A stretch of DNA of 61,325 nucleotides, filler included, from Pirum gemmata (lineage: Eukaryota): NCBI GenBank assembly GCA_002812295.1. It is 8 parts of 8 records of this genome, joined end to end, with 100 filler letters (N's around TTAATTAATTAA, not from the genome) between each part and the next. Parts side by side here need not be neighbours in the genome. Positions count along the whole stretch, not along the records: positions 7,641 to 15,155 come from PDIN01000128.1; positions 15,256 to 22,897 come from PDIN01000129.1; 6 more parts are not named here. The stretch is one strand, 5' to 3'. The notes beneath the pieces are model-generated. The model did not search any database, was not told the DNA's origin, and worked only from the letters and a program-made list of their open reading frames with translations. Shown here in pieces: positions 9,968 to 19,732 of this stretch (positions are counted from its first letter, which is position 1; the number at the start of each line of letters is the position of its first letter). The position numbers and the translations under genes were made by a program.

Positions 9968-12900
9968 TCAACAGAGTCTCAATTCATTTCCTATATTGTA
10001 ATCTACAGAGCTTATTTCACACTGGTCACCATCATCAAACTCAATGTGATAAACAAAACGAACTGGAGTCGTTGCCTTGGTTTTTGAGGTAATAATACCA
10101 GAATACCAAACACCATCATCATGCAGAAGTTGGACCTTTGTGTTTACTTTGATGGGATGCGTCACCTCTTGCCCCTTTTTCTCAAATTCTAAAACTAATT
10201 GCGATACATCTTCTAGAACTTCACTTTTACTATTAACCCAAGTACTCACTGTATGCTCTTCACTATTAGCCCACTTAACTAAATATTCACGCTTATTCCT
10301 AAATAATCGTTTATCTAGAATTTCAATAATACTTGACATGGGAGAAACTTCGACATCTTGCTGCACTTTGGCTTGTCCCGAAAACTTCTTGAACAACGAT
10401 ACATGGAACACATTATGAATATTCATTTTCTTCGGCAATTCCAACTTATAGGTAACACTATTAATTTTTTCAATAATTAAAAAAGGACCAAAAAATTTAC
10501 TTTCCAACTTCACACAAGGACGTAAGGTCCTAATATTCTTAGCTGATAACATCACCTTATCACCTACTTTAAAATTATGCTCCTTCCTTTTCCTATCAGC
10601 AAACTTCTTGAAACACTCCTGTGAATATTTTAACCTCAACTTAGCTTCTTCCTTTACTTCCTTAACTAACTTGATACGCTCCTCTGCCTTAGGAACCGTT
10701 GAATGTTGGACTAGTAAAGGATCAAACGTGGGGTGATTACCGTAGATTAGGTAAAACGGAGAGTAACCTGTTTGGGAGTTCTGTGTGTTATTATATGTAA
10801 ATTCTAATAAACCTAGAAACATAACCCAATCATCCTGCAAATAACCAACTGCATGCCGGAGATATTGGGCTACAATTTGATTAGTAACTTCAGCTCCTCC
10901 ATTAGCTGCGGGATGATAAGCAGTAGTAAGTTTTGATTTTGAACCAAGCAGACGCAGAAACTCCTTCCAGAATTGTGACACAAACTGCGGACCCCTATCA
11001 CTAAATATACCAGCCGAAGGAATACCATGGTGTTTAAATACATTATCCATGTATAATTCAGCAGTCTTCTCAGCATCAATAGCCTTGTTGACTGGAATAA
11101 AATGAGCTTGTTTGGATAAACGATCCTTAACAACCATAATTGCATCAAAACCTCTTGAGGGTGGTAGATCGGTAATAAAGTCAATATTGACCGAATCCCA
11201 ATAATTATCAGGGATACTTTGTGGTTGAGTAAGACCATAGGGTTTACACCGGCTTGCTTTGATACGATTACAGGTTAGGCAATTAGTGCAAAACATCTTG
11301 ACATCCTTACGCATGTCACTCCAATAGTAATCTCTTGAAACCAAATCCAAGGTTTTCTCGAACCCATAGTGCCCTCCAAGTAAAGAGTTATGACGCTGTT
11401 CTAGAACTTGAGACCGAAGAGCCTTACTAGGTAAAACAATCTTTCCTTCAAACCATAAAACTTTATCCTTCAATTCAAATACACGCGTTGTTTCTTCTTT
11501 GTTCTTATAATCAGAATATAATTTAGAACCAATTGTATGTTGTTGTAATTTTTTAATAAAATCTGAATTGTCGATTCCTACTAACTCAATACTATTCATC
11601 GCAATAGATCCATCTTCACATTCCCTCATAGCCTGAACCTTCGCTGGTGTGTAAGCCGCTTCAAACTCTGCCTTCCTACTTAAACTGTCCGGTTGGACCA
11701 TCATCTTCCCTTTCTTATATACAATTTTGATATCAAAATCCATCATATCAGAAAACCACTCTGACTGCCTTTTATTCAAAAAATTCTTTTTTGTAAAATG
11801 CTGCAAATTACGGTGATCCGAATAGATTACGGTTTGAAAAGAAGATGGAATAATAAAATGTCGATAGCTCATCAGAGTGTATTTAATAGCGTATAACTCT
11901 TGGTCATAAGTAGGCCAACGAGTTTCACTAGGTAAATACTGTTTAGAAATAAACCCAATAGGGTGCCAACCGTCTTCGTACTCTTGACTGACAATGGATC
12001 CGAATCCATATGTACTTGAGTCACATTCAATTTGTATCGGGCGGGAAACGTCATAGTGACGTAAAACGGGTGCAGTTGTAAATGCTGCCTTCAAATTTTC
12101 AAAAGCTTCTTGTTGTGGTGTTTCCCAAATGAAATCTGATTTCGAACCGATCAACTTAGTTAAGGGTTTAACCACAATTGAATAACACTTAATGAATCGT
12201 CGGTAAAAATTAGCAAAACCAAGAAAACTTTGTAGCTGCTTCTTCTTCTGCGGAACCTTCCAATTTTTTATAGCTTCAACCTTTGCTTCATCCATGGCGA
12301 TATGATCTGGGGTAACAATGAATCCTAAAAAATCTAACTTTTTTACATCGAAACTACACTTTTTTGCATTAATATATAGTTTATGTTGACGTAAAACTTC
12401 TAAAACCTTTCGAACATGATCCTCATGAGCACTTTCGTCCTTACTATAAATAACAATATCATCAAAATAACAAACAACAAAATCCTCAATATATTCCTTG
12501 AAAATATCATTCAAGAAACGCTGGAATGTGGCAGGAGCATTGGTTAATCCGAAACAACCAACGTTATATTGATAAGCACCGAAACGAGTTCTAAAAGCAG
12601 TTTTCCATTCATCACCTTCCTTTATTCTTAGTAAATGGTAGGCCTGGGGCATATCAAGTCTAGTGTAAATTTTAGCTCCTGAAAGAGAGTTTAGGAGTTG
12701 GTCAACTAGCGGAACGGGATATCGATCTTTAATAGTGATATCATTTAGTTGTTTAAAATTAATACATAAGCGTAAACCACCGTTAGGTTTTGGAACGAAA
12801 AAACAACCAGCCCCTAATGGTGACTTAGACGGAGATATCCAACCTTTAGCCAGCGCCAAATCAATATATTCCTTTAATGCTTTTAACTGGATAGGAGAGA

Positions 12901-13996
12901 GAGGGTAAATTTTTTGCGGTTTTGGTAACTCAGACCCATCAACCAATTTTATTTCAAGATCATATTGACGATGATTAGGTAAATTAGTTTTTTCCTCATC
13001 AACACCATCTTCTGCAAACACATCAGCATAATCTGCATATTTTTTAGGAATACCCTTAGCATCAACCGTACATGTTGACTTTGCATACTCTTTATCGAGT
13101 ACTACTTGAGCGTGGTAGACAATATCTTCTTCTTTTTCAAAAACATCAGCACCACACAATTCAATCCCCATCGACTCCAAATTATGCAACTGTAACAACG
13201 TATCATGCAATTCAACTTGCTCTTGCATAAGCTCTTCAAATTCCTGCGCATACTTAGCCTCATCTTCTTTCCAGTGCCTGCCGTTTCGCAAATTTGTAGC
13301 TTCGTCAGCCCTCGTCCTTCTTTCAGTTTCACGTGCCTTCCTTGCCTCTTGCGCCTCTGTCTTCCTGAGAACTTCAGCCTTCTTCTTCGCCTTCTGCCTA
13401 CCTATTCTTCGACTAGCGTTACTTCGACCCATCTTCTTGACATTTGACTTATATTCACGAAAATTAGCCATAATTTTCTTAAATTCTAAAAAATTATCTG
13501 GTTCAGTTTGAAAAGTAGAAGGTTCTTCACAATCTTTACAATTAAAGATAAGGGTACTAGATTGCCAATTTATATCAGGGTTATGTAGTTTAAGCCACGG
13601 TAACCCTAATACTAATTTATAACTATCTAACCTAGTTAAGAAGAACTGCAATTTCTCTTTATGACAACCCATTGAGAGAGTGATTGGTTTAGTTACGAAT
13701 TGCACTGGGTAATTAGATTTTGATCCATCGGATAGAGTAACAGGAATAGGTTTTTTAAGTTCAATCAAGTCGACATCAAGAAGATACGCTAAGCTATAGT
13801 CCATTAGAGCCAATCCTGAGCAGCCATTATCCAGAAAAACTTCAATATGTGCGCCTTCAACGTTGCCTTCGAAAACCATTTTATTATGGGATGTACTAGT
13901 TAGATTTGTATCACACAAGTCTATAGAAGAAATAGTAAGAATTTCTTCTCTAAGTTCTGATAGACCCCAAACACTATCAGAATTAATTATTTTTTT
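9968..13996 (-). CDS. pol: Ty3/Gypsy (chromovirus-like) Pol: protease-RT-RNase H-integrase-chromodomain-Tudor-like; translated via -1 frameshift from Gag
   Basis: Protease FLDNGCS and LVLGLPWL; RT SPLGAGCFFVPK, LRLCINFKQLN, FGLTNAPATFQ, YFDD; RNase H ECDSS, DQELYAI, SDHRNL, DSLSR; integrase HHCC (HNSLLGGH...CLTC), IDFIT, SDRGPQF, GGAEVTN, GPF module. The frame stays open upstream of the tracked TTG (13918) to a TGA at 13997-13999. Confidence 0.96.
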   Translation of the reverse strand, partial: KKIINSDSVWGLSELREEILTISSIDLCDTNLTSTSHNKMVFEGNVEGAHIEVFLDNGCSGLALMDYSLAYLLDVDLIELKKPIPVTLSDGSKSNYPVQFVTKPITLSMGCHKEKLQFFLTRLDSYKLVLGLPWLKLHNPDINWQSSTLIFNCKDCEEPSTFQTEPDNFLEFKKIMANFREYKSNVKKMGRSNASRRIGRQKAKKKAEVLRKTEAQEARKARETERRTRADEATNLRNGRHWKEDEAKYAQEFEELMQEQVELHDTLLQLHNLESMGIELCGADVFEKEEDIVYHAQVVLDKEYAKSTCTVDAKGIPKKYADYADVFAEDGVDEEKTNLPNHRQYDLEIKLVDGSELPKPQKIYPLSPIQLKALKEYIDLALAKGWISPSKSPLGAGCFFVPKPNGGLRLCINFKQLNDITIKDRYPVPLVDQLLNSLSGAKIYTRLDMPQAYHLLRIKEGDEWKTAFRTRFGAYQYNVGCFGLTNAPATFQRFLNDIFKEYIEDFVVCYFDDIVIYSKDESAHEDHVRKVLEVLRQHKLYINAKKCSFDVKKLDFLGFIVTPDHIAMDEAKVEAIKNWKVPQKKKQLQSFLGFANFYRRFIKCYSIVVKPLTKLIGSKSDFIWETPQQEAFENLKAAFTTAPVLRHYDVSRPIQIECDSSTYGFGSIVSQEYEDGWHPIGFISKQYLPSETRWPTYDQELYAIKYTLMSYRHFIIPSSFQTVIYSDHRNLQHFTKKNFLNKRQSEWFSDMMDFDIKIVYKKGKMMVQPDSLSRKAEFEAAYTPAKVQAMRECEDGSIAMNSIELVGIDNSDFIKKLQQHTIGSKLYSDYKNKEETTRVFELKDKVLWFEGKIVLPSKALRSQVLEQRHNSLLGGHYGFEKTLDLVSRDYYWSDMRKDVKMFCTNCLTCNRIKASRCKPYGLTQPQSIPDNYWDSVNIDFITDLPPSRGFDAIMVVKDRLSKQAHFIPVNKAIDAEKTAELYMDNVFKHHGIPSAGIFSDRGPQFVSQFWKEFLRLLGSKSKLTTAYHPAANGGAEVTNQIVAQYLRHAVGYLQDDWVMFLGLLEFTYNNTQNSQTGYSPFYLIYGNHPTFDPLLVQHSTVPKAEERIKLVKEVKEEAKLRLKYSQECFKKFADRKRKEHNFKVGDKVMLSAKNIRTLRPCVKLESKFFGPFLIIEKINSVTYKLELPKKMNIHNVFHVSLFKKFSGQAKVQQDVEVSPMSSIIEILDKRLFRNKREYLVKWANSEEHTVSTWVNSKSEVLEDVSQLVLEFEKKGQEVTHPIKVNTKVQLLHDDGVWYSGIITSKTKATTPVRFVYHIEFDDGDQCEISSVDYNIGNELRLC

Positions 13997-13997
13997 T
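13955..13997 (-). promoter_or_regulatory. -1 programmed ribosomal frameshift signal (slippery A8 + 7-nt spacer + 9-bp stem-loop)
   Basis: Minus strand reads G AAAAAAAA TAATTAA TTCTGATAG TGTTTGGGGT CTATCAGAA; pol is in the -1 frame relative to gag. Confidence 0.75.
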
Positions 13998-14910
13998 CAT
14001 TTTTTTCCATTAATTTGGAACAAGAATCAAGTTTGTGCTCTCCACCGCAGTAAAGGCATAAGTTATTCTTCAACCGGTAATCTTTTCTTTTTTTCTTTTC
14101 TTCAAGAGATAATTGCGCTTTGTCAATATCCATAGCATCCGGAGAAGAAGAAGGTATAGGGGATTTAGTTTTTCCCCTTTTTTCCATCTTGCGCTTATAA
14201 ATTCGATCGTCAATTCTTTGCGCAAAACGTTGATAAGCAGATAGATCTCCTGGAGGGTCAATGACACTCATTGAAATAGCATCCTTAACTTCTGGTTTAA
14301 GACCAGTATGAAACGCGTCCTTTAATGCAGTTGCATCCAGCCTAGATTTATATCGTAGATTATTAAAGTCTACAACATAAGTTGAACACGAACCAGTTTG
14401 TTTAAGGGTTTTAAGTTTATCCCTTGCCCGTTCTTCCGGCTCATATTCACCCAAATCCCTTCTAATTTCATCTAGAAATTGATCCCAAGTAGTTAGTTCG
14501 ACGTAATCGGGTTCTTCGCATAACTTAGATTCGTACCATTCGTAAGCTCTACCTTCGAGTGCTGAACAGGCTGCAATAATTTTGGCCTGGTCGGTATCGT
14601 AATTACGTCCTCGGCACCAGAGTAAAACTTGAGATAAAAACCGTTCTAATCCTTTGGCTTCCCCTTTATATGCCTTGATTGAAGCCACCTTTATAATTTC
14701 ATTTCTAGCATGATTATTTTGCTGTTGCTGGTTTAGCGCGTTCCGTTCTTGATCTTCAAAATGTCTTAGCTTGGTGAGATAAAAATCAATTGGAATTGCT
14801 CTTCTTTCGACATCAGAATAGCTTTCTAAGTCCGAGAGAGTAATTGTTCTGAGAATTTCCTCTTCATTGTTGTTCCAAGCCGACTGAAAGGTTTGATAGG
14901 AGACCACCAT
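13987..14910 (-). CDS. gag: Ty3/Gypsy Gag (307 aa) with C-terminal zinc knuckle
   Basis: Retrotrans_gag-like LEGRAYEW, TWDQF, LKQTGSCSTYVVDF, FHTGLKPEVK; AMDID motif; CLYCGGEHKLDSC knuckle; directly upstream of pol. Confidence 0.95.
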   Translation of the reverse strand: MVVSYQTFQSAWNNNEEEILRTITLSDLESYSDVERRAIPIDFYLTKLRHFEDQERNALNQQQQNNHARNEIIKVASIKAYKGEAKGLERFLSQVLLWCRGRNYDTDQAKIIAACSALEGRAYEWYESKLCEEPDYVELTTWDQFLDEIRRDLGEYEPEERARDKLKTLKQTGSCSTYVVDFNNLRYKSRLDATALKDAFHTGLKPEVKDAISMSVIDPPGDLSAYQRFAQRIDDRIYKRKMEKRGKTKSPIPSSSPDAMDIDKAQLSLEEKKKRKDYRLKNNLCLYCGGEHKLDSCSKLMEKNEKK

Positions 14911-15255
14911 TTTTTTTTTAAATAAAATAAATAAAAAAAAATAAAAAAAAAAGTCAATTTATTTATTAATTTTATTACAATAAACGTTAATAATTAACTC
15001 AAAGACTAACTATGAGAAAATTACGGCTTAAGTACTTTTTCTGGCATAAGAAAAAGAAAATAATAAATAATAAAAAAATAAAAAGTAATTATTAATAATA
15101 ATTAATAATATTAATATAATATATATATAGACTCTTTTTCGGCATTATATTCATTNNNNNNNNNNNNNNNNNNNNNNNNNNNNNNNNNNNNNNNNNNNNT
15201 TAATTAATTAANNNNNNNNNNNNNNNNNNNNNNNNNNNNNNNNNNNNNNNNNNNN

Positions 15256-15287
<32 letters not shown>

Positions 15288-15464
15288 TTATAAATTATAT
15301 AATATCACAACAAGATACCGGTATATAAAATATATTATATCATATCAATATCGATAATATTATATAATATGAATCATTATTGATACGATATAAATTCATA
15401 TAATATTATTCATCTAGATAATATTCATGCAGATCGTATCAAAATTTTGATATTTTTTAAATTA

Positions 15465-15696
15465 TAACCCTAACCCTAACCCTAACCCTAACACTCGCAC
15501 AATAACCATTCATAACAATGTTGTAATTTTTGCGATTACAAATTTTTCCCGGTTCAATCTCATGCGGACACTTTCTAGCACAATGCTGTTTACATAACCC
15601 TAACCCTAACCCTAACCCTAACCCTAACCCTAACCCTAACCCTAACCCTAACCCTAACCCTAACCCTAACCCTAACCCTAACCCTAACCCTAGCCC
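15465..15696. repeat. Two interstitial (CCCTAA)n telomeric tracts (15465-15492, 15595-15696) around a 102-bp unique insert
   Basis: Direct reading of TAACCC units. Confidence 0.95.
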
Positions 15697-15944
15697 GGCC
15701 ACCTATCAATATATATCAGATAGTATATGAGACTATATGAGCATATTAATATACACCTCGGAAAAAAGATTTATAATGAGTCCCCATCATAGGACGAATC
15801 TATTTAATTTTTAAACATATGATATATATAATATTATTATAAATTATATCCATATTATTATCGATATATTATATAATATTATACCGGTATATGAACCCAT
15901 GGGCGTACCCTTTTAGGGCGGGTAATACTATTATGATACCAGTA

Positions 15945-16128
15945 TTGTGGTTTTCATTTATTTTGTCACTCTGAATATTTATTTGGCTGTTTATAATATT
16001 AAAATTGATACTTTTAAATAAATAAATATATAATAAAATATACCAAATTAAATGAAATGGATTTATATTGTATTAATTTGGTACTATTTATTTGTATATT
16101 TTAATGACAAAACAACCGAAAAGCACGA
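15945..16128 (-). mobile_element. MITE family A (~180-190 bp, TIR GTGCTTTTCA(G/T)TT(G/A)TTTTGTCA; Tc1/mariner-like by TA flanks)
   Basis: TIRs plus conserved core AAATCCATTTCATTTAATTTGGTATATTTTATTAT. About 20 copies in the window; partial ones at ~3770, 16734, 21945, 29097, 30480, 42380 and 43315. Confidence 0.8.
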
Positions 16129-16986
16129 TATAATAAACATGATATCAATACCTAGGTCATTAGGTGCCAGAAGTCGAGTCGAACTGAATTAAAGAGCCGA
16201 ACCTAATTGAACACCTTGTTCGGATTTTTCGAGCCAGAAACAGTTCTTGTCATTTTTTTTCTCTTTCTTTTTTCAGGTTTTTTTTTTTTTTTGAGCTCCT
16301 TGCTTTTTTTCACTTTTCAGTGACTTACTTTCCTTCACTTTTCCTTCCCACTTGTATTTATTAAAATCAGTTCTTTTATTAACACAATTTGGTTTACAAA
16401 TCACTATTTTACTTATTATACAGATTGAGTTTTTATAACAAAAACTCGATGATATGTCTTCACTTTCGTGCAAAGTTTGATACTTTCAGCTCTTGTCTTT
16501 CGAATATGTTTAATATAATAAACTAGAGATATTAATATTAAAAGCAGTGATAAAGTCTGAAAAACGGCCTATATTGCTCTTTTGGGGTATACCACCAACA
16601 AGTGCACCATATAAACTCCATGTCTATATTTATTATATCATATCTGGAGCTTATTTGTGGGCTCGTGTTTATGCCAGAACAGTGCCAGAACAGTGCCAGA
16701 ACAGTGTCAGAACTCTACATCGATATAAAATTATCGTGCTTTTCAGTTGTTTGGTCATCATAAAATATACAATAAAGAGCAACAAATTAATACAATAAAA
16801 ATCCATTTCATTTAATTTTATTATCTATTTATTTATTTATTTATAATAAAAATGACAATTTAAATATTATAACCAGCCAAATAAATATTCTGAGTGACAA
16901 TATACAATTTATATATATTATTATGTATACGCTTATTATATTATGATATCACTATTATATGATGTATTATCAAAGACCCCAGGAAC

Positions 16987-17154
16987 ATTGTCCTCTCAAT
17001 CTTTAATTTGGTACTGTTTAAGTGAATAATTGACCTTGTTTATAAAATACAACATTAAATATAATTAATTAAAAAATATTAATGTCTGATAATTTAACCA
17101 TAATAATAATTAATATTTGGTACGCTTTTTTCAGTTTTTGAACTTGACAACACA
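16987..17154 (+). mobile_element. MITE family G, partial (related TATCGT..TTTCA termini)
   Basis: TTGTCCTCTCAATCTTTAATTTGGTACTGTTTAAG core shared with ~25570, 53088 and 56196. Confidence 0.65.
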
Positions 17155-17177
17155 ACACTTATATAATATTATATATT

Positions 17178-17649
17178 GTGCTTTTCATTTATTTTGGCAC
17201 TCCAAATATTTATTTGGTTGGTTATGATATTTAAATTGACATTTTATACCAAATTAAATGAAATGGATTTACAGTCTACTCTTTTTTGTATATTTTATGA
17301 TGACAAAACAACTGGAGCCTGGTGGAAAATTAGTAGTTGCGCACAGGTAGGCTGAGGTAGCCCAAAGCTCAGAACAATTCGAACAAAATCGAATAGACTA
17401 GGTCAGTCTCGATATTCTCCGATTTATTGGGATGTTGAACATTCAACGGCTATTCAGTCTGGCGGAAAATTAGTAGTTACTAATTTTCCGCCAGGCTGAA
17501 TAGTCGTGGAATGTTCAACATCCCAAAAAATCGGAGAATATCGAGACTGACCTACATTAACGTACTATTCGATTTTGTTCGAATTATGCTGAGCTTTGGG
17601 CTACCTGTGCGCAACTGCTAATTTTCCACCAGGCTCCTGAAAAGCACGA
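17178..17649 (-). mobile_element. MITE family A copy interrupted by a nested palindromic element
   Basis: Family A sequence stops at ...GACAAAACAACTG (17314) and resumes CTGAAAAGCACG (17637). Confidence 0.85.
17315..17636. mobile_element. 322-bp fold-back (near-palindromic) element, GAGCC...GGCTC termini, 3-bp CTG target duplication (PIF/Harbinger-like)
   Basis: Arms are reverse complements around 17476-17477; CTG at 17312-17314 and 17637-17639; the empty site is known from other family A copies. Confidence 0.88.
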
Positions 17650-18059
17650 GTCTAAAATTTAATAATATATAGTCTATATAATAATATTATAATAAGAATA
17701 ATGCTTTTTGAATCAAAGACTCTAGCTAGCTAGCTAGTAGTCTAGTCTAGCTAGCTAGCTAGCTATTCTAGCTATACTACCTATCTGATACTAGAGCTAG
17801 CAGACTAGTAGTAGTACTACTAGCAGTACCTCTCTAAACCTAAATTATTATTATGATATTATTATTATTATTACGCTAGCAATTGTGCGATGATACATTG
17901 CACTTATAAAAATGACCTCCTGAGCCGTTCTGATTCTTCTGAACTTCTGGGATCAATTTAATTAAGCTTCAGGTTTTTTAAAAATCAATATTGTAATATA
18001 TTATGATTATATAATATGATGTTTAAAATAATATATTATGTATATTATATATGATTGTG

Positions 18060-18460
18060 TACTGATTGAATTGATACATTGTATCCCACAAATAATGCTC
18101 TTGGTTTTCTCTTGGTTGAGTGAGATTCCACCTATGATACTACCTGGTATGTGGTGTGTTCATATATCAGATATATAGTAGCTATAGTTCTATTAGTTCT
18201 ACCGGTATATACTAATATTCTTCTGGTGGTTTTCTTTGAGTAAGTAATTATAAGTATCCATCTGAATGAAGTATTAATATCCATTAGAATTTTGACATTC
18301 AAAAAAATATTTAGCTTTGCTTTTGTGACTAACAGTTAATAATGGTTCGTGTTTTACGTCTAAATTAATTAAACAATTATCAATTTCATTTTTATGGTGT
18401 GTATTTTATAAAACAACGTTTTAATTATAACGTACGCTTAAAAGCTATTTTATATCAATA
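18060..18460 (-). pseudogene. Possible highly degenerate non-LTR retrotransposon ORF2 fragments
   Basis: Minus-strand peptides KSKAKYFFECQN and GGISLNQEKTKSIICG resemble Tx1/L1 TKYFF and G..(L/I)N.EKT motifs; many stops. Confidence 0.35.
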
Positions 18461-19264
18461 TTCCAATTATTGTTATTACAATTATATAGAAAGGAAGGTG
18501 AAGTTTCTGCGCCCTGCTTTTCAGACACCTAGTCTTTTTGTGTTGATTAGCAGCTGTGAAAACTAGATGTATATAACTACTAGGTTTAATAGTAAGCAGT
18601 GTTTTAATTTAATTAATACTTATTAATAAAGTTAGTTTATTTTCATTTTTGGCCTGTTTTATTATTCTACCGTAGAAGTAGAACGCATAGAGGTCAACCA
18701 TTGAGGTCTAATAGCATCATAGGCATGGGACCCGTATATAATCAATGAGAGTGTTGACTTTTTTTTAATTTGTATTCATAATATTATCTGTTTTTCTTGA
18801 AAAAGACATAATAACACATGATAAATATCATTATACCAAAATATCTATATTGCCAACTTGATTGCAGAGAGTTGGTAGAGGCAGCAGAGCATATAATTAT
18901 TAATCTATGATATTAATATAATTATAGTGATATTATCATGATTCCAGAAGTATTCCAGATATTCCAGAATCTCTCAGTCCAGAATCTTATAGTCTGAAAA
19001 TAAGGTTTCGAAAAAAAATATAATAATATATCGATAATATCATATATATTGATCTACAAGGCAGTCAAGTCTACATAGTTCTACACCATGGCCGTAGACG
19101 GTAGACTCGTAAAAGTGGCGACTGTGTCGTTTACAAGTCGTCTCATTTTTTTTTTTTTTAATGATATGATAATATTATGATTATGATTATGATAAAAAAA
19201 AAAAAAAACGATAGGGGAAATTTTCTGGAGAATTTTATTTATTTATTTATTTATTTATTTTTTT

Positions 19265-19478
19265 CAAGCCGGATAAAAATGGCGACTTCCGCCATATGAG
19301 CCAAAAAAATTCAAAAAATCTCAAAATGATACAATTTTAATAAAGTACTACCAAGTTTTGAGAAATAGTCTAACTAAGATAACTCTATTATGAACCAATA
19401 GCTAGTTTTTAAAAATAATTTGGCTAGTTATCATTTAAGGTTTTTTGGGAGGAAGTCGAAAAAAAAAAAGATTTTTAC

Positions 19479-19480
<2 letters not shown>
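19265..19480 (+). mobile_element. MITE family F copy upstream of the lipase gene
   Basis: Starts CAAGCCGGATAAAAATGGCGAC; internal homology to 8447-8675. Confidence 0.7.
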
Positions 19481-19511
<31 letters not shown>

Positions 19512-19732
19512 CAAAAAAAAAAAAAAAAAAAAAGGTGCAGTTTCCCTTTTTCTTAGTGAGAGAAAAAGGAGGAGCAATAATAATAATGTTTGAAGTTGAA
19601 CTTTGAACTAGCCTACAATGCATATAAATACAGCTAACAAACAACATGAACAAATAAAAAATATATAGGAACAAAAAATTAAAAAATTATTATAGAAATT
19701 AGAACAGAAAATCAATCAAGAAATTTTTGAAA

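Larger units (their letters stand above)
9968..14910 (-). mobile_element. Ty3/Gypsy retrotransposon internal region with intact ORFs; LTRs, PBS and PPT not identified in this contig
   Basis: gag-pol order PR-RT-RH-INT-chromo; no disabling stops; no repeat seen between 14911-15155 and 8871-9967. Confidence 0.95.

Noticed and set aside
10077..14267. Small alternative-frame and antisense ORFs inside gag-pol
   Set aside because: Expected shadows of long ORFs; no independent signals
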